From NCBI GenBank assembly GCA_016927565.1, contig JAFGMK010000006.1:37942-101941 (forward strand): a stretch of DNA of 64,000 nucleotides, in the 5' to 3' direction. The translations under genes and the position numbers were made by a program. The stretch's first letter is position 1, and each line of letters starts with the position of its first letter. Positions 52,901 through 62,849 of this stretch are shown one piece after another. The notes beneath the pieces are model-generated. The model was not told where the DNA came from. It ran no database searches and saw nothing but the letters and a program-made list of their open reading frames with translations. The DNA comes from Minisyncoccota bacterium. Lineage in GTDB: Bacteria; Patescibacteriota; Microgenomatia; PFEM01; JAFGMK01.

Positions 52901-54502
52901 ATGAATTCCTCAATCAGCGTCACCGTTCTCGGCGGTCAGGAAGAGGTCGGCCTCAATTCAACAGTTGTCGAGGTTGATAATGATATTGTCATTATTGACT
53001 TGGGAAATAATTTCGAAGACAGTGATTTTGGTGTCAGTTATTATCTTCCCAACATCGAAAGCCTTCTGGGCAAAACTGACAGAATCAGGGGAATTTTCAT
53101 TACCCACGGACACTATGATCATCGGGCCGCCCTTCCTTTTTTAATTGATAAACTAGGCTTCCCGCCTGTCTATGGTTCTCCCTTTACGATTCAACTGATT
53201 AAACAACACCTCAAAGGATTTAAAAAAGTAAGCCAAACCCGGCTGATTCCTCTCCAGCCGAGGCAAGAAATAAATCTCGGCAAAATCCAGGTTAAGGCAG
53301 TTCACCTTACCCACAGCATTATCGGCACTTACGGTTATTTTTTGAAAACCATCCGGGGCAACCTTTTCCACAGCGGTGATTTTAAATTTGACGACACTCC
53401 CTTCCGGGAAAAAGCAACCGACTATCAATCCCTTAGGGAAATCGGTCGGCAGGGAGTTTTGGTCGCTTTCATCGACAGCACCAGAGCAACCTCAGAAGGC
53501 CATTCCCAATCTGAAACCGAAATTACCCAAAACCTGGAAAAATTAATCAGAGAGGCTCCGGGCAGAATTATTGTGAGTACTTTTGCCCAGATGCTTTCCC
53601 GTATCAATCAAATTGCCCTGATCGGCAAAAAATACCAAAGGCAAATTTTTATCAAAGGCAGAACCCTGGAAAAAACCACTCAAATAGGCAAACAGATGGG
53701 TCTTTTTGACAAATCCCTAAAAATCAGAGACGCCAAGCAAATGGAGCAGTTCCCGGACCGGGAAATCCTTCTTTTCGCCACCGGAAGCCAGGGAGAGGAA
53801 AAAGCCGCCCTGGCCCGAATGCTTGAAGCAAAAAAAGGCCTTTTCAAGGTCAAACCCACTGACACCATTATTCTTTCTTCTTCAACCATTCCCTCCAACA
53901 TTGTGACCATTCAAAAATTGGTAGACCGCTTTGCCGATCGGGGCTGCCGGGTTTTTACCGATGACATTATTGACATTCATGCCGGGGGCCACGGTCATCA
54001 AGACGAAATTAAAAAAATGATTCAACTTTTAAAGCCCAAGTTCATTTTTCCGGTCCAGGGCTATATTTCTTTTCGTCATCAACTTGGTTTTTTGGCTCGT
54101 TCATTCGGTTACCGGAAGAACGAAATTATCCTGGCTAAAAATAATCAACCGGTCTTAATCAACCGGCAGGGCTTTAAAAAAACCAGCGGGAAAACCAGGC
54201 CGCCGACAGCGGTTATAGAAAATTACCCAATCAAAAACGGAGCCGAAATTGTTTTCCAGCGAAAAAAAGCCGCCTTAAGGGGGCTTTTGACTGTCTTTAT
54301 CAATCCGCAAACAAGACAACTCAAAACCAGCTTTTGGGGAGTCCCCGAATTTATTAAAAAAGAAATTAAAATTGCATTGCAACAGGAAATAATTGCCAAG
54401 CGGGATCCTCAAGTTACTAAAAGAAAAATTGAGGACCTTCTCTGGGAATATCTTGACGAGGAATTGATTCCCGCCATCAAGGTTGAAATATCTTCGAATT
54501 AA
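52901..54502 (+). CDS. rnj: ribonuclease J (metallo-beta-lactamase/beta-CASP)
   Basis: ITHGHYDHRAAL (HxHxDH). beta-CASP motifs. 533 aa. Confidence 0.9.
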   Translation: MNSSISVTVLGGQEEVGLNSTVVEVDNDIVIIDLGNNFEDSDFGVSYYLPNIESLLGKTDRIRGIFITHGHYDHRAALPFLIDKLGFPPVYGSPFTIQLIKQHLKGFKKVSQTRLIPLQPRQEINLGKIQVKAVHLTHSIIGTYGYFLKTIRGNLFHSGDFKFDDTPFREKATDYQSLREIGRQGVLVAFIDSTRATSEGHSQSETEITQNLEKLIREAPGRIIVSTFAQMLSRINQIALIGKKYQRQIFIKGRTLEKTTQIGKQMGLFDKSLKIRDAKQMEQFPDREILLFATGSQGEEKAALARMLEAKKGLFKVKPTDTIILSSSTIPSNIVTIQKLVDRFADRGCRVFTDDIIDIHAGGHGHQDEIKKMIQLLKPKFIFPVQGYISFRHQLGFLARSFGYRKNEIILAKNNQPVLINRQGFKKTSGKTRPPTAVIENYPIKNGAEIVFQRKKAALRGLLTVFINPQTRQLKTSFWGVPEFIKKEIKIALQQEIIAKRDPQVTKRKIEDLLWEYLDEELIPAIKVEISSN

Positions 54503-55661
54503 TCAGCTTGTTCAAAATTTGCCACCGCCTTTTTTTTTCTTGGCAAGAAACATCATCCTCAAACTCAAAAGCAGCCGTTCCCGGCCGGGGCGAATAAGCC
54601 GCAATGTAGGCCTTAGAAAAACCAATCTGCCGACAAAGTCGGCAGGTATTGTTAAAAGCTTTTCTGGTCTCACCCGGAAAGCCGACAATGATATCGGTTC
54701 CGATTTTTACTTCAGGAATTTCCCTTTTGATTTTTTGAATTAAGCCAAGATATTCCCCGGCCGTATAAGGCCGATTCATTCTCGCCAAAATTTGGTCATC
54801 ACCGGACTGAACCGGCAAATGAAGCTCGCGGCTGATTTTGGCCAATTTCATTGCTCTGATCAGATCATCGCTGAAATCCCAGGGATTGCTGGTCAAAAAA
54901 GAAATTTTTTTAACTCCTTCAATGGTGTGGATAATTTCCAACAGCAAAGCGAATAGACAGCGCCTTTTCTCCTGACAGCCCGCTTGGCCATTCCGAGTTA
55001 GACCCTGGTATTTTTGATATATTTCCGTTCTTTCTTTTGGCAAAAAGTCATTTCCATAGGAATTGACATTCTGACCCAATAACACTATTTCTTCCCAGCC
55101 CTTCCTGACCAGCTCCTCCACTTGACAAACGATATCGCTGAAGGGAAATGAAGCTTCTCGGCCTTTAGCGTATGGGACAACACAATAACTGCAGAAATGA
55201 TTGCAGCCCTTCATAATGGGAATAAAAGCTTTTTTCTTGCTGAAACGGCTCTTCTCAGTCTTAATCTTCCCAAATCCCCATTCCCACCAGGCTTTAAATT
55301 CGGCTACCTGAGGCAGTTTTTTTTTAAGCTGGCGAAGCGAATATCGCTTCCTTTCCCCCCTGGCTGACCCGACCATGCAACCGGTAAGGATTGTCTTCGG
55401 TTTGGTTAAGTTATTTTTTCGCCTTAACCCCCCGGTTTTTTGAATAGAAGAATCCGCTTTAAACCTATTTATATTATTAATCAGGCCAAAAACCCGATTT
55501 TCAGCTGATTCCCGGATTGAGCAGGAATTAATGATCACCTCATCGGCTTCTTGCCAGATCTTTGCCTCTTCCCAACCTCGGGACTGATACCAACCAGCAA
55601 TCATTTCCGATTCCGCCTCATTCATCTGACAACCGAAGGTGCGGATAAAGTATTTCTTCAT
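54477..55661 (-). CDS. miaB: MiaB-family radical-SAM methylthiotransferase
   Basis: MTTase N-terminal domain FIRTFGCQMNEAESE. Radical-SAM CNHFCSYC. TRAM-like C-terminus. Lies near miaA. Confidence 0.75.
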   Translation of the reverse strand: MKKYFIRTFGCQMNEAESEMIAGWYQSRGWEEAKIWQEADEVIINSCSIRESAENRVFGLINNINRFKADSSIQKTGGLRRKNNLTKPKTILTGCMVGSARGERKRYSLRQLKKKLPQVAEFKAWWEWGFGKIKTEKSRFSKKKAFIPIMKGCNHFCSYCVVPYAKGREASFPFSDIVCQVEELVRKGWEEIVLLGQNVNSYGNDFLPKERTEIYQKYQGLTRNGQAGCQEKRRCLFALLLEIIHTIEGVKKISFLTSNPWDFSDDLIRAMKLAKISRELHLPVQSGDDQILARMNRPYTAGEYLGLIQKIKREIPEVKIGTDIIVGFPGETRKAFNNTCRLCRQIGFSKAYIAAYSPRPGTAAFEFEDDVSCQEKKRRWQILNKLINSKIFQP

Positions 55662-55779
55662 GAGAATAATTTTATCATTTTTGAGTTTAAAGATTGTTTA
55701 ATCAGAACGGGTAAAATTGAATATCCCGGCGCGCAAGAAAAAACTCACACTAGCGCGAAAATGTGAGAATTATTTTTAA

Positions 55780-56430
55780 CTAAAGATAGCACGCACCACT
55801 AAGAGCTGTTCCCAAACAAGCATGAGCCAAAAAAACACCCCAAAAATTATTGGTTTTGACAAACCACCAGTTAAGGTAAAGCCCGAAAAATAATGAGCCA
55901 AAAGAAAGTCCCGGCCCCCAGGCCAAATGAAGCCAAGCAAACAAAAATGTTCCCCAGATTAAAAAAGAACCGGGATTACCAAAATGGGTTTTTAAAAAAT
56001 TAAATAAAAATAACCGGTAGATCAACTCCTGAAGAAAAGTGGAAAGACAAATGTAAATTAAGGCCTGCTGCCAAAAGGGAATTTTCAACTTAAAAATTAT
56101 TGTCAATTCATTACAGGAAATTGGCAAAGATATTTTTTCGGATAAGACAATCAGAGAAATAACAACAACCGGAATTAAAAATATGAGATCAGGTTTACCC
56201 GGCCGGGAAAAAAATACTTTTAATTTGCCGAGTTTGGCAATAGTTAACCCGGCAATGGCGGCCATTGTTAATAAAACCAAGACTATTCTCAGCTTAAAAA
56301 AAGGCAGGCCCTCTAAAATTAATAAAGGAAGTAAAATTAACAGAAGAAGAGGAAAAAAAGTTTCAAAACTCTGACTAAAACTTTTTTGCCTCACTCTTTG
56401 TCTTTTATTAGAAACTGATAAAACTTTCAT
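55780..56430 (-). CDS. CPBP family intramembrane metalloprotease (CAAX protease-like)
   Basis: EELIYRLFLF (EExxxR), FAWLHLAWG (FxxxH), and HACLGT. Confidence 0.6.
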   Translation of the reverse strand: MKVLSVSNKRQRVRQKSFSQSFETFFPLLLLILLPLLILEGLPFFKLRIVLVLLTMAAIAGLTIAKLGKLKVFFSRPGKPDLIFLIPVVVISLIVLSEKISLPISCNELTIIFKLKIPFWQQALIYICLSTFLQELIYRLFLFNFLKTHFGNPGSFLIWGTFLFAWLHLAWGPGLSFGSLFFGLYLNWWFVKTNNFWGVFLAHACLGTALSGACYL

Positions 56431-56437
56431 TCCCTGA

Positions 56438-56908
56438 TTATTTTGACTTTAAGAATTTTTTTATGAATTCTTCATGATGAGGAAACAGCCTGGAAGGAAT
56501 CCTGGTAAAGAAGCGACCCGCTTTCGGCTTTTGCGGACTTTGGCAAAGACAGATCAAAGAAACGACTTGGGCATAAGGATGATCCGGCCAAACGAAAATG
56601 TCGATAAACTTTTTAAGAGATACTTCAATTTTCAACTCCCAACGGCCGATCCGCTGGCAAGTTTCCTCAAGACTTTCACCGGCGATCATAAATCCCCCGG
56701 GCAAATGCCAGCCATGCCAGCGATGATCATTTCTTTTGGTTAATAAAAAATCTTTTCCGGTTTGAGAAATAATGACTTCAACAGCCGGAAGAGTAACTAG
56801 CCAGGCCAGTTCAGCCCAAACCGGAAAGGGCAATCTTTTCCCTGGTTGTCTTTGTTCTTTAAGTTTCCTTAAGAGCCGGACTAACTGGTCAATTTCTTTT
56901 TGCTTCAT
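56438..56908 (-). CDS. NUDIX-like hydrolase (degenerate Nudix box)
   Basis: GGFMIAGESLEETCQRIGRWELKIE matches only part of the Gx5Ex7REUxEExGU box. Confidence 0.35.
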   Translation of the reverse strand: MKQKEIDQLVRLLRKLKEQRQPGKRLPFPVWAELAWLVTLPAVEVIISQTGKDFLLTKRNDHRWHGWHLPGGFMIAGESLEETCQRIGRWELKIEVSLKKFIDIFVWPDHPYAQVVSLICLCQSPQKPKAGRFFTRIPSRLFPHHEEFIKKFLKSK

Positions 56909-56921
56909 TTAAAAGTTTTGT

Positions 56922-57338
56922 TTATTCTAAAGCTCTGATTCTGTCCTGACTGACAACCATTTTAATTTCCTTGACGAGTTTAATTCCCAGAGCAGCAATT
57001 TTAAAACCGACCGAGGACAAAAAACCCATTAATAAAAGATAGATACTCATATTAACCAAGCCATTTACCACCTCATCGGGCAAAAGCTTTAACTCTTGAG
57101 GGGGCGATTTTTCTCCAGGGTCAGATAAAGAAAACCTTTCTGGCAATTCGTAGCCTTCAGGCAACCGAATTTGATAATTCTGCTGGCCGGGCAGAGTGAT
57201 CCCGGGAGCTTCAAAAGAAAAAACCTCAGGCGGTGTTTTTAAACCGGTAAAAACCTGATAAATGGAAAAGGCGCTGGCGACAATTACGCCTAGACCAACC
57301 GCCAGTAAAAGGTAGCCTGCAAGCTTTTCGCTGTTCAT
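56922..57338 (-). CDS. hypothetical two-TM membrane protein
   Basis: 138 aa with an N-terminal and a C-terminal TM helix. Confidence 0.35.
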   Translation of the reverse strand: MNSEKLAGYLLLAVGLGVIVASAFSIYQVFTGLKTPPEVFSFEAPGITLPGQQNYQIRLPEGYELPERFSLSDPGEKSPPQELKLLPDEVVNGLVNMSIYLLLMGFLSSVGFKIAALGIKLVKEIKMVVSQDRIRALE

Positions 57339-57466
57339 TTTAAAAATCCCTCCTTTTTTTTAGAAATTCCAACTTGGGGCGCTGTGGCAATATCTTGAAG
57401 ACCGGGGCCGGAATTAAGCAATAACATCTCATTGGGGTCAGTCATTATTTTTGGATAGCAAAATAA

Positions 57467-58450
57467 TTAAGCATAATCTTTCCCGGTAAACAATTCTCGA
57501 ATAATATCTTCTATCTTTTCTTCCTCAAGAGTCAAGTCAGCTATCGGAAAGTGCTGGAGAAGTTCGGCAGCCGCCAAAGGGGCAGTCTCTCTTTTAATGG
57601 AAAGAGTGGCTTCGGGAAAATGATAGCTTTTCACTTGACCAATTTTAGCTAGCTTTTTAGGATCGATTTCTTGAGAAAAGACAACCGAAACAATTTTATG
57701 GTCAGCATATTTTGAGATGATCTCACTAAGCCGACCATCAAAGACCAGTCGACCTCGATCAATAATTAAAACCCGCTGACAAAGCTCTTTAACATCATCC
57801 ATATTGTGACTGGTCAGAATAATCGCCGACTTAAAACGCCGATTATAAAGCTTAATAAAATCACGCACTCGCTTTTGCATTACCACATCCAAACCAATTG
57901 TCGGTTCATCCAGAAAAAGCACTTTGGGCGAATGGATTAAAGCGGCAATCAACTCGCACTTCATTCGCTGGCCTAAAGAAAGTTTTCGAGTTTGGATTTT
58001 TAATACCTCTTCAACTTCTAATATTTTTACCAATTCGTTAAGAGTTTGTTCATATTGTTTTTGAGGCACTTCATAAATTTCCCGATTCAAGATAAAGGTT
58101 TCAATCGGCGGCAGATCCCACCAAAGTTGATTTTTCTGGCCCATAACTAAGGAAAACTGCTTTTGAAACTCCGGCTTTCGATCCCAAGGGGTAAAACCCA
58201 GAACTTCGACTGTTCCTTCATTAGGAAACAAAAGTCCGGAGAGACATTTTAGAGTCGTGGTTTTACCCGCTCCGTTCGGACCGATAAAACCCACCAGTTC
58301 TCCCCGGCCAATCGAGAAAGAAATGTTGTCTACTGCCTTAACGGGTTGATATTTCCGCCTTAACAAGGACTTCATCGACCCCAGAAGGCCCGGTTCTTTT
58401 TGATAAACCCGGTAATATTTTTTAAGATTCCTGACTCTGATAACCGACAT
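57467..58450 (-). CDS. ABC transporter ATP-binding protein
   Basis: GFIGPNGAGKTTT. Signature LSLGQRMK. Walker B LFLDEPT. Confidence 0.85.
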   Translation of the reverse strand: MSVIRVRNLKKYYRVYQKEPGLLGSMKSLLRRKYQPVKAVDNISFSIGRGELVGFIGPNGAGKTTTLKCLSGLLFPNEGTVEVLGFTPWDRKPEFQKQFSLVMGQKNQLWWDLPPIETFILNREIYEVPQKQYEQTLNELVKILEVEEVLKIQTRKLSLGQRMKCELIAALIHSPKVLFLDEPTIGLDVVMQKRVRDFIKLYNRRFKSAIILTSHNMDDVKELCQRVLIIDRGRLVFDGRLSEIISKYADHKIVSVVFSQEIDPKKLAKIGQVKSYHFPEATLSIKRETAPLAAAELLQHFPIADLTLEEEKIEDIIRELFTGKDYA

Positions 58451-58575
58451 TGGTTTTCTCTATCTTCTTATTATACACGCAGCGCCTTCGGATCCGGGAT
58501 CAAAAATGGCCAACAATCCCACATCGCTAACATTGAAGCTTCTCCATGCCAGAATAACCGAATGTTTCATCCATT

Positions 58576-59391
58576 TTATGAACTGGCTGACTGATAATGC
58601 TTCAGGGCTAGCCGCCAAAATAAGGCGGAAGTCTTTAAAAAAACTGCCGCCAGCGCCAGAGCTGCCGGAACCCACCACCAAATAAAATCACCCATCAAGG
58701 TCTGGGTCGGAAAACTAACCATAAAAGCAATTGGCAAAACCAATATAAAAAAAATTCTAAAGGGCCCTTTAAAAATGCTATGAGGTCTTTCGGCTAAAAA
58801 AAGCAAGTGTTCAGCCAGTTCCGGCAACGGAGTAGCATTAATCAACCAGACCGACAAGGTCGTAATTATCATCCCCACCGAATATGCAATCACCAGGCCG
58901 GAAAGAAAAATGGTCAAAAAGGGTAAGAATAACCAAGGATCAAAACCATAACCGCCGCCGGTAAATCCTAAATAAATCAGGATCAACCCGGGAATCAAAC
59001 TTGGGATAAAAGTAAAATAAGGCCGCCACATTGAAACTACGAACTGAGAGTTCAGAGGCTTAGTCAAAATTAAATCCAGCTCACCCCGGGTGATTTTCTC
59101 GGGTAGTTTTCGAAGATTAAAAATAAAAAATAATCCCAAGATCGTTTCGGAAAAAACCGTTCCCAAACCGATCAAAATCAGCATCTGGTGAAAATTCCAG
59201 CCCGCCACTTCGGAGATATTAACAAAGATAATTCGCAGAGAAATTAAACCGGTTAAAACATAGCCAAATTCAACTAACCATTCCAGGAAAAAGTTTAACC
59301 GATAGGTCATATCTCGAATCGCGGCAAACTTGATTAATTGCCAATAAATCTTGAGGTGTTTTCTGAAATTATTAACTTCCATAGGCTTCAT
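58576..59391 (-). CDS. ABC-2 type transporter permease
   Basis: Six-TM permease. Overlaps the upstream permease gene. Confidence 0.5.
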   Translation of the reverse strand: MKPMEVNNFRKHLKIYWQLIKFAAIRDMTYRLNFFLEWLVEFGYVLTGLISLRIIFVNISEVAGWNFHQMLILIGLGTVFSETILGLFFIFNLRKLPEKITRGELDLILTKPLNSQFVVSMWRPYFTFIPSLIPGLILIYLGFTGGGYGFDPWLFLPFLTIFLSGLVIAYSVGMIITTLSVWLINATPLPELAEHLLFLAERPHSIFKGPFRIFFILVLPIAFMVSFPTQTLMGDFIWWWVPAALALAAVFLKTSALFWRLALKHYQSASS

Positions 59392-60166
59392 ATTTAGTCA
59401 ATCCCCGGCGCCAAAGATGCCTTGACAAAAAATAAAAAAAACCGCTCCAGAGCACTATCTTTATAAAACCGGAAAAAATCTCATCCGGGGAAAAATAGCC
59501 TTGGGCTATTTTAATCGGAAAAAAGTAAAAAAACTGCCAGGGTAAAAAAAAGAAAATCCTTTTCCAACCGGCCGGAACCAAATCAAGCGGGATCATCATT
59601 CCCCCGAAAATCATAATTGAAACAAGTTTAAAATGTTTTAATGCCCAAACATTAGTTAACCAAAAAGCTCCCAAAGACAAAGCGTAGTCTAACCAGAAAT
59701 GAAGCCAAAAAGCCAGCAAAGAAAAACCAAAAGCCAGCAAAAGATTGATTCCCTTAAGATGGAAATCCAAAGCAGAAGAAAAAAATAAAAAAAAGACCAG
59801 AAAAAACGGCACTTTAAAAAGCTGCTCGTTAGTTTTATTAGCCAATTGCCGCAAAAGATTAACCAAGGCATAGCTATAGGGTTTTAAAAGGGCAAAAGAA
59901 AACTGACCGCTTTCGATTCTTTGTGGCAAAGAAGAAGAAACGTAAACATGGGTAATTGACCCGATGAGAGGAATTAAAAGATAATAAAAAATCATTTGGC
60001 TGGCATCATAATTACCTACCATGGTTTGATCACGAAAGATGGCAGTCCACAGAAAAACTCCTGAAGCGGTAATTACCAGTTGAATCACCGCCCAACAAAC
60101 GGGAACGGCTCGGTATTCAAAGTGAGTAATTAGATAGCCTCTAAAAAAAGCCCAGTATTTTTTCAT
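59372..60166 (-). CDS. ABC-2 type transporter permease
   Basis: Six-TM permease. First gene of a permease-permease-ATPase operon. Confidence 0.5.
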   Translation of the reverse strand: MKKYWAFFRGYLITHFEYRAVPVCWAVIQLVITASGVFLWTAIFRDQTMVGNYDASQMIFYYLLIPLIGSITHVYVSSSLPQRIESGQFSFALLKPYSYALVNLLRQLANKTNEQLFKVPFFLVFFLFFSSALDFHLKGINLLLAFGFSLLAFWLHFWLDYALSLGAFWLTNVWALKHFKLVSIMIFGGMMIPLDLVPAGWKRIFFFLPWQFFYFFPIKIAQGYFSPDEIFSGFIKIVLWSGFFYFLSRHLWRRGLTKYEAYGS

Positions 60167-60275
60167 TATCTTCTCTTAAGGAGAAGTATAAACTATTCTG
60201 TGGGGGAGTCGTCAAACTTTTTTTAGGTAAAAAAGGCTGAGGTGTGAATCTGAAAGATCTTCAGGGAATATAAAG

Positions 60276-60551
60276 TCAGCGCCTAATAGTTTGTTTAAGA
60301 GGTTTGCCGGGAATAAAACGAGGAGCTCGATGAGCTCGAACAGTTCTTCTTTCTCCGGTTCCGGGGATAACTACTGATTTATCCTCAACCTTAACCACTT
60401 TAAAGGTACCAAAACCGGATAAAAGAATTTTTTCGCCTCTTTTTAAAGATTTAATAATTTCGTCAAGAAAAACGTTTACTGCCTCCCGAGCGGCCTTTCT
60501 CGTTAAATGCGCCTTTTTGGAAACAATTTCCACCAACTCTCTTTTGGTCAC
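60276..60551 (-). CDS. hup: DNA-binding protein HU
   Basis: MTKRELVEIVS...GFGTFKVVKVEDKSVVIPGTGERRTVRAHRAPRFIPGK is an HU/IHF-fold signature. 91 aa. Confidence 0.9.
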   Translation of the reverse strand: MTKRELVEIVSKKAHLTRKAAREAVNVFLDEIIKSLKRGEKILLSGFGTFKVVKVEDKSVVIPGTGERRTVRAHRAPRFIPGKPLKQTIRR

Positions 60552-60640
60552 AATCTTCCTTTCCGAGCAGTTTTTGCGGTTAAGTTGTTCCTAAATTAAC
60601 ACCCCCTGTCTAATTTGTCAAGCTAATTAGGCAAAATCTA

Positions 60641-62161
60641 TCATTTGGCTCTTGTTGTTTCCGTCACTCTTGTCTCCCGGATGCAGGTAACTTTAATCTG
60701 GCCAACATAGGCCACTTCTTTTTCCAGCTTTTCTTTAATTTTCCGAGCTAATAGAGAGAGCTGGCTATCGGAAACTGCCTCCGGCTTGATAAGAATTCTG
60801 ACCTCTCGACCTGCCTGGTAAGCAAAAGCCGCTTGAACTTCGGGATAGGATGTAGCGGCGGTTTCAATCTCGGTCATTCTTTTTACATACTCTCCGTGAG
60901 GTTCGTATCGAGCTCCGGGCCGGGCTCCGGAAATGGCGTCAGCCACCCAAACAATCCTTGATTCAGCTGAAGAAAAGGACTTATCCTCGTGATGTTCAGC
61001 AATACAAGCAACTACCGCCTCGGGTAATCGGTATTTTTTAGCCAGATCCACTCCCAAATCAACATGGGTTCCTTCTTCTTCGGTCACTACCTTACCGATA
61101 TCGTGAAGTAAACAGGCTAACCGGACAATATTAACATTAGCTTTGACTTCAATGGCAATTGCCACACCGATCTTTACCACCTCAAGAGTGTGAACAGCCA
61201 TATTCTGCCCATAAGAAAAACGGAACTTGTACCGGCCCAGGATATTGACCAGATCAGGATGAAGGCGAAAGACACCTGTTTCCCGGCAAAGCCTCCGACC
61301 CTGGTCAGTTAAAATCTGATCCACTTCTTCGCGAGTTTTTTGAACCACCTCTTCTATTCGCGAAGGACGAATCCGCCGGTCTTTGATCAATTTCTCCAAA
61401 GAGCGGCGAGCAACTTCTCTCCTGATCGGATCAAATGAAGAAAGATAAATATCATTGCTTTCATCCAGCTCAATTTCGACTCCGGTTGCCCGCTCAAAAG
61501 CCCGAATATTCCTTCCCTCCCGACCGATAATCCTCCCCTTCATTTCCTCATCGGTCAGTTTTAGCGTGGAAACAGTATATTCAACCACACAATCAGTCAC
61601 CCCCCGCTGCATCGCTTCAGTCAAAATATCCTTAGCTTTTTCCTCAGCTTGAGATTTGATTTCCTGCTCTGACTCCTGAACCTTTTGGGCAATTTCTTCA
61701 GCCAGGCTTTTTTCAACTTGCCCAAGAATCATTTCTTTGGCTTGTTCGCGGGTTAAGGAAGCTATTTTTTCAAGTTTAGCTACCTGGCCTTTCCTAAGCT
61801 GTTCAATTTCAGCCTGCTTTTTTTCGATCACCGATTTTTGCTGTTCAAGAATTCTCTCTCTTTCTTCCAAGGCGCCCCTTTTCCGACCCATCTCCGCTTC
61901 TTGGACAACCGCACTCTCTCTTAACGCTTCCGCCTCTCTCCTGATCATCGCTGCCGCTGATTCGGCCACCGCCTTAATCTCAGCTGCTTCCTTTTGAGCC
62001 CGGTCCAGCACCGCCTCAGCCTTACCCTCTGAAGCAATTGATTGCGGTTTTGGTTTAGGTTTAGGTTTAAAACGAGCAGGCGGAAGTTGTTTTTTGGGCT
62101 GGACTTTTTTTTCCAGGTTGCCTGCCAAAACCCGTTTCAATTGAGAAAAAAATGAGTTCAT
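60641..62161 (-). CDS. rny: ribonuclease Y
   Basis: Coiled-coil N-terminus. KH domain IIGREGRNIRAFERATGVEIELDE. HD domain HTLEVVKIGVAIA...LLHDIGK. Start set at MNSFF (62161), which has a GGGAGGT SD 5 nt upstream. Confidence 0.85.
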   Translation of the reverse strand: MNSFFSQLKRVLAGNLEKKVQPKKQLPPARFKPKPKPKPQSIASEGKAEAVLDRAQKEAAEIKAVAESAAAMIRREAEALRESAVVQEAEMGRKRGALEERERILEQQKSVIEKKQAEIEQLRKGQVAKLEKIASLTREQAKEMILGQVEKSLAEEIAQKVQESEQEIKSQAEEKAKDILTEAMQRGVTDCVVEYTVSTLKLTDEEMKGRIIGREGRNIRAFERATGVEIELDESNDIYLSSFDPIRREVARRSLEKLIKDRRIRPSRIEEVVQKTREEVDQILTDQGRRLCRETGVFRLHPDLVNILGRYKFRFSYGQNMAVHTLEVVKIGVAIAIEVKANVNIVRLACLLHDIGKVVTEEEGTHVDLGVDLAKKYRLPEAVVACIAEHHEDKSFSSAESRIVWVADAISGARPGARYEPHGEYVKRMTEIETAATSYPEVQAAFAYQAGREVRILIKPEAVSDSQLSLLARKIKEKLEKEVAYVGQIKVTCIRETRVTETTRAK

Positions 62162-62312
62162 AAAAACCTCCCGAAAAGCAGTTGGGGCTTTTAAGGCCAA
62201 AAAGAAGGATTAGGGCTTGAAAAAACTAACCAGCACGGATAAACGTATCAGGATCATTTTAAAACCACCTTCTAAATCAAACTGCTTAATTTATTGATTA
62301 ATTACCCTGATT

Positions 62313-62795
62313 TTAAGCTTTTCGGGAAAGAGAATCAATAGCTTTTTTAGCACTGGCCCAGCCAAAACCTCGGCGAAGAAGGTAATTGATCAGTTTGCGA
62401 CGGCCCCGCTGATCAATTTTCTGTTTGGAATTATTAATTTTCTTTTGAAGCAATCTCCGAATCAACAATTCTTCATCAACCGTTTTATCAGTTATTTCTT
62501 TAATCAGTTCTCTGTCTAAGCCCTTAGCTGAAAGCTCGGCGGCAATCATTTTTTTGCTCCGAGGTCGAAACTGAGCTCTTTGCTCACACCACCACACAGC
62601 AAAAGCCTTGTCATCGATCAGGTTTTGTTTTTTGAGCTTTGAAATCACCTTCTCGGTAAATTCCGGCCCGATTTCTAACCGAAGGGATTTTTTGTTTAAG
62701 TGGTCACGGACTTCTTTTTCTGCCCGAGAGCGATAAGTTAAAAACTTAAGCGCCTGGTTATAAAGTTTCTGAAACGGATCGTCCAAAACTATCAT
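62313..62795 (-). CDS. recX: RecX family regulatory protein
   Basis: DPFQKLYNQALKFLTYRSRAEKEVRDHL plus a three-helical-repeat architecture. 160 aa. Confidence 0.75.
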   Translation of the reverse strand: MIVLDDPFQKLYNQALKFLTYRSRAEKEVRDHLNKKSLRLEIGPEFTEKVISKLKKQNLIDDKAFAVWWCEQRAQFRPRSKKMIAAELSAKGLDRELIKEITDKTVDEELLIRRLLQKKINNSKQKIDQRGRRKLINYLLRRGFGWASAKKAIDSLSRKA

Positions 62796-62808
62796 CCTGA
62801 TTTATCCT

Positions 62809-62826
62809 ATCACATTTTTATCATCG
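62809..62826. promoter_or_regulatory. perfect 18-bp palindrome (TTATCATCGCGATGATAA) in the divergent recX / alpha-beta-hydrolase intergenic region, a candidate operator
   Basis: Read directly from the sequence. It extends to 20 bp with the flanking T/A. It is the only perfect dyad of this length seen in a promoter region of the window. Confidence 0.35.
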
Positions 62827-62849
62827 CGATGATAAACTAAAAAATATCT

